Part shown: positions 37,360 to 38,278 of the stretch, piece by piece | Numbering within the stretch: the stretch's first letter is position 1 | How the letters are laid out: every line of letters starts with the position of its first letter | DNA from: Poseidonia sp. | GTDB taxonomy: Archaea > Thermoplasmatota > Poseidoniia > Poseidoniales > Poseidoniaceae | Length of the DNA: 38,278 bases | Direction: 5' to 3' | NCBI GenBank assembly: GCA_038136695.1 | Contig: JAYQAK010000002.1 | Location: 8,561 to 46,838 of the forward strand | Program-made: the position numbers and the translations under genes | Notes under the pieces: generated by a model | The model's database searches: none | What the model was told of the DNA's origin: nothing | What the model saw: the letters and a program-made list of their open reading frames with translations, nothing else

Positions 37360-38278
37360 ATGATGGCTCCCGAAGACATCAACGACGGCGCAGAGGTTCT
37401 CGGCAAGCAAATTTGGCGTATCGTCCCTTACGCCAAGAAATATCCAAAGCGGGTTCTCACGGGTATTCTTGCCAACGCCGCTGCACGATTTTTTGACCTC
37501 ATGCCGTTCGTGGCCATCGGTTTGGCCGTGGACTACTTCACCACCGACGTCCTCTCCGGCCCTCAAATCGTGCAAGACATGGTCACCGGGATTCACAGCA
37601 ACCCTGCCTACGGTTATGGGATTTTGATCTTCCTCGGCTTCCTCTGTTTGGCGATTTTCCAAGGCATTTCAGAGTACGCCTGGCAAACGCTGGGGTACAA
37701 CATTCAACACGACCTCAGGATGGACGCGACCCGGTCGCTCATCGCCATGGAAGCGTCCTATTACGACCAGCGTCAAACGGGCCAGATCATGTCCGTTCTG
37801 TCCAGCGACGTCAATCAGCTCGAGGACGTCGTGTCCGACTCGTCCACGTCGATCATCCGAATCGTCATCACGTTTGCAACGGCCTTCATCATCCTCGTGT
37901 TGATGTCGTGGAAATTGGCGGCCGTGCTGTTCGGGCCCATCCTGTTCATCGTGCCCGCCGTTTACTGGTTTTCGACACGTGTGCAACGCAAGTACAGGAA
38001 ACAGCGCGAGTCAACCGGCGACATTCACGCCGTGCTTGAGAACCTCATCTCGGGCATCGCTGTCGTTCAAGCCTACAACGCCGAAGACTGGGAGGCCGAC
38101 CGGGTGGCTGCCGAATCAGGCTCCTACCGCGACCAGGCCATGGGAGCGAGCAAAGACCGCAATCGATTCATCCCCATGATCTACGCCGTCGCTGGTGTGG
38201 CCTTTGGTCTCCTCGTGACCGCCGGTGGCTACCTTGCAAGCACCGGTGAAATCACCACCGGTCAACTGGTGACCTTCC
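37360..38278 (+). CDS. ABC exporter, MsbA/MdlB-like fused permease-ATPase; only the transmembrane domain is in the window (3'-truncated)
   Basis: It is absent from the supplied ORF track because it has no stop in the window. The frame is open from 37312 to 38278. An ATG lies at 37360 (MMAPEDINDG..., preceded by AAGAAGGA), with an alternative in-frame ATG at 37324. ABC_membrane hallmarks: LGYNIQHDLRMDATRSLIAMEASYYDQRQTGQIMSVLSSDVNQLEDVV and GEITTGQLVTF. Confidence 0.85.
   Translation, partial: MMAPEDINDGAEVLGKQIWRIVPYAKKYPKRVLTGILANAAARFFDLMPFVAIGLAVDYFTTDVLSGPQIVQDMVTGIHSNPAYGYGILIFLGFLCLAIFQGISEYAWQTLGYNIQHDLRMDATRSLIAMEASYYDQRQTGQIMSVLSSDVNQLEDVVSDSSTSIIRIVITFATAFIILVLMSWKLAAVLFGPILFIVPAVYWFSTRVQRKYRKQRESTGDIHAVLENLISGIAVVQAYNAEDWEADRVAAESGSYRDQAMGASKDRNRFIPMIYAVAGVAFGLLVTAGGYLASTGEITTGQLVTF

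Noticed and set aside
37245-37496. An 83-aa plus-strand ORF at the protease/ABC intergenic boundary.
   Set aside because: It lies in a different frame from, and is overlapped by, the open-ended ABC-exporter ORF (37360 to the window end), which has clear ABC_membrane motifs. The 83-aa translation is Arg-rich nonsense.
1-38278. A search for a CRISPR array, rRNA, transposase or integrase, prophage, or an obvious horizontally acquired island around the synthase.
   Set aside because: I found no short direct-repeat/spacer arrays and no recombinase-like ORFs. By eye, the base composition and codon style of the synthase operon match the flanking genes. The only tRNA (Gly) has no adjacent integrase or direct repeat that would suggest an integration site.

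Overview
This is a GC-rich, very gene-dense 38.3-kb window: I call 24 protein genes and one tRNA, convergent genes abut with 0-1 nt between stop codons, and there is no CRISPR array, rRNA, transposase or integrase. The gene content looks archaeal, probably a planktonic marine euryarchaeote of the Marine Group II/Poseidoniales type. That assignment is an inference, resting on a CDP-archaeol synthase (CarS/DUF46) gene, a TBP-fold protein, an archaeal-type TatD-like hydrolase, a SelB/EF-Tu-like pseudo-GTPase and several huge membrane-anchored surface proteins.

The plus strand carries a 5'-truncated CysJ-like flavoprotein, biotin carboxylase, a PfkB kinase, and a long co-directional block from 7317 to 27120. 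That block holds a 1,961-aa surface protein, a hypothetical protein, the TBP-like protein, the TatD-like hydrolase and a 361-aa surface protein. It ends in a tightly coupled three-gene unit: a FabI-type enoyl reductase, a 2,937-aa type I synthase (KS-AT-KS-ACPx3-KR-DH) and an Sfp-type phosphopantetheinyl transferase.

The minus strand carries a DUF2493/SLOG protein, a membrane protein, the EF-Tu-like protein and a hotdog acyl-CoA thioesterase. It also carries a block of S8 protease (1,860 aa, with about 15 thrombospondin-type-3-like calcium-binding units), tRNA-Gly(UCC), CarS, an M28 lipoprotein peptidase, a membrane-anchored alpha/beta hydrolase and a CC-motif membrane protein. A 3'-truncated MsbA-like ABC exporter closes the window.

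The main candidate for a new system is the ACP-dependent megasynthase operon in an archaeal context. It has two unusual features: a second catalytically intact KS sits between AT and the carrier domains, and all three tandem carrier domains read GIDTV (Thr) where the phosphopantetheine-accepting Ser is expected. All calls come from reading motifs by eye; no database search was possible.
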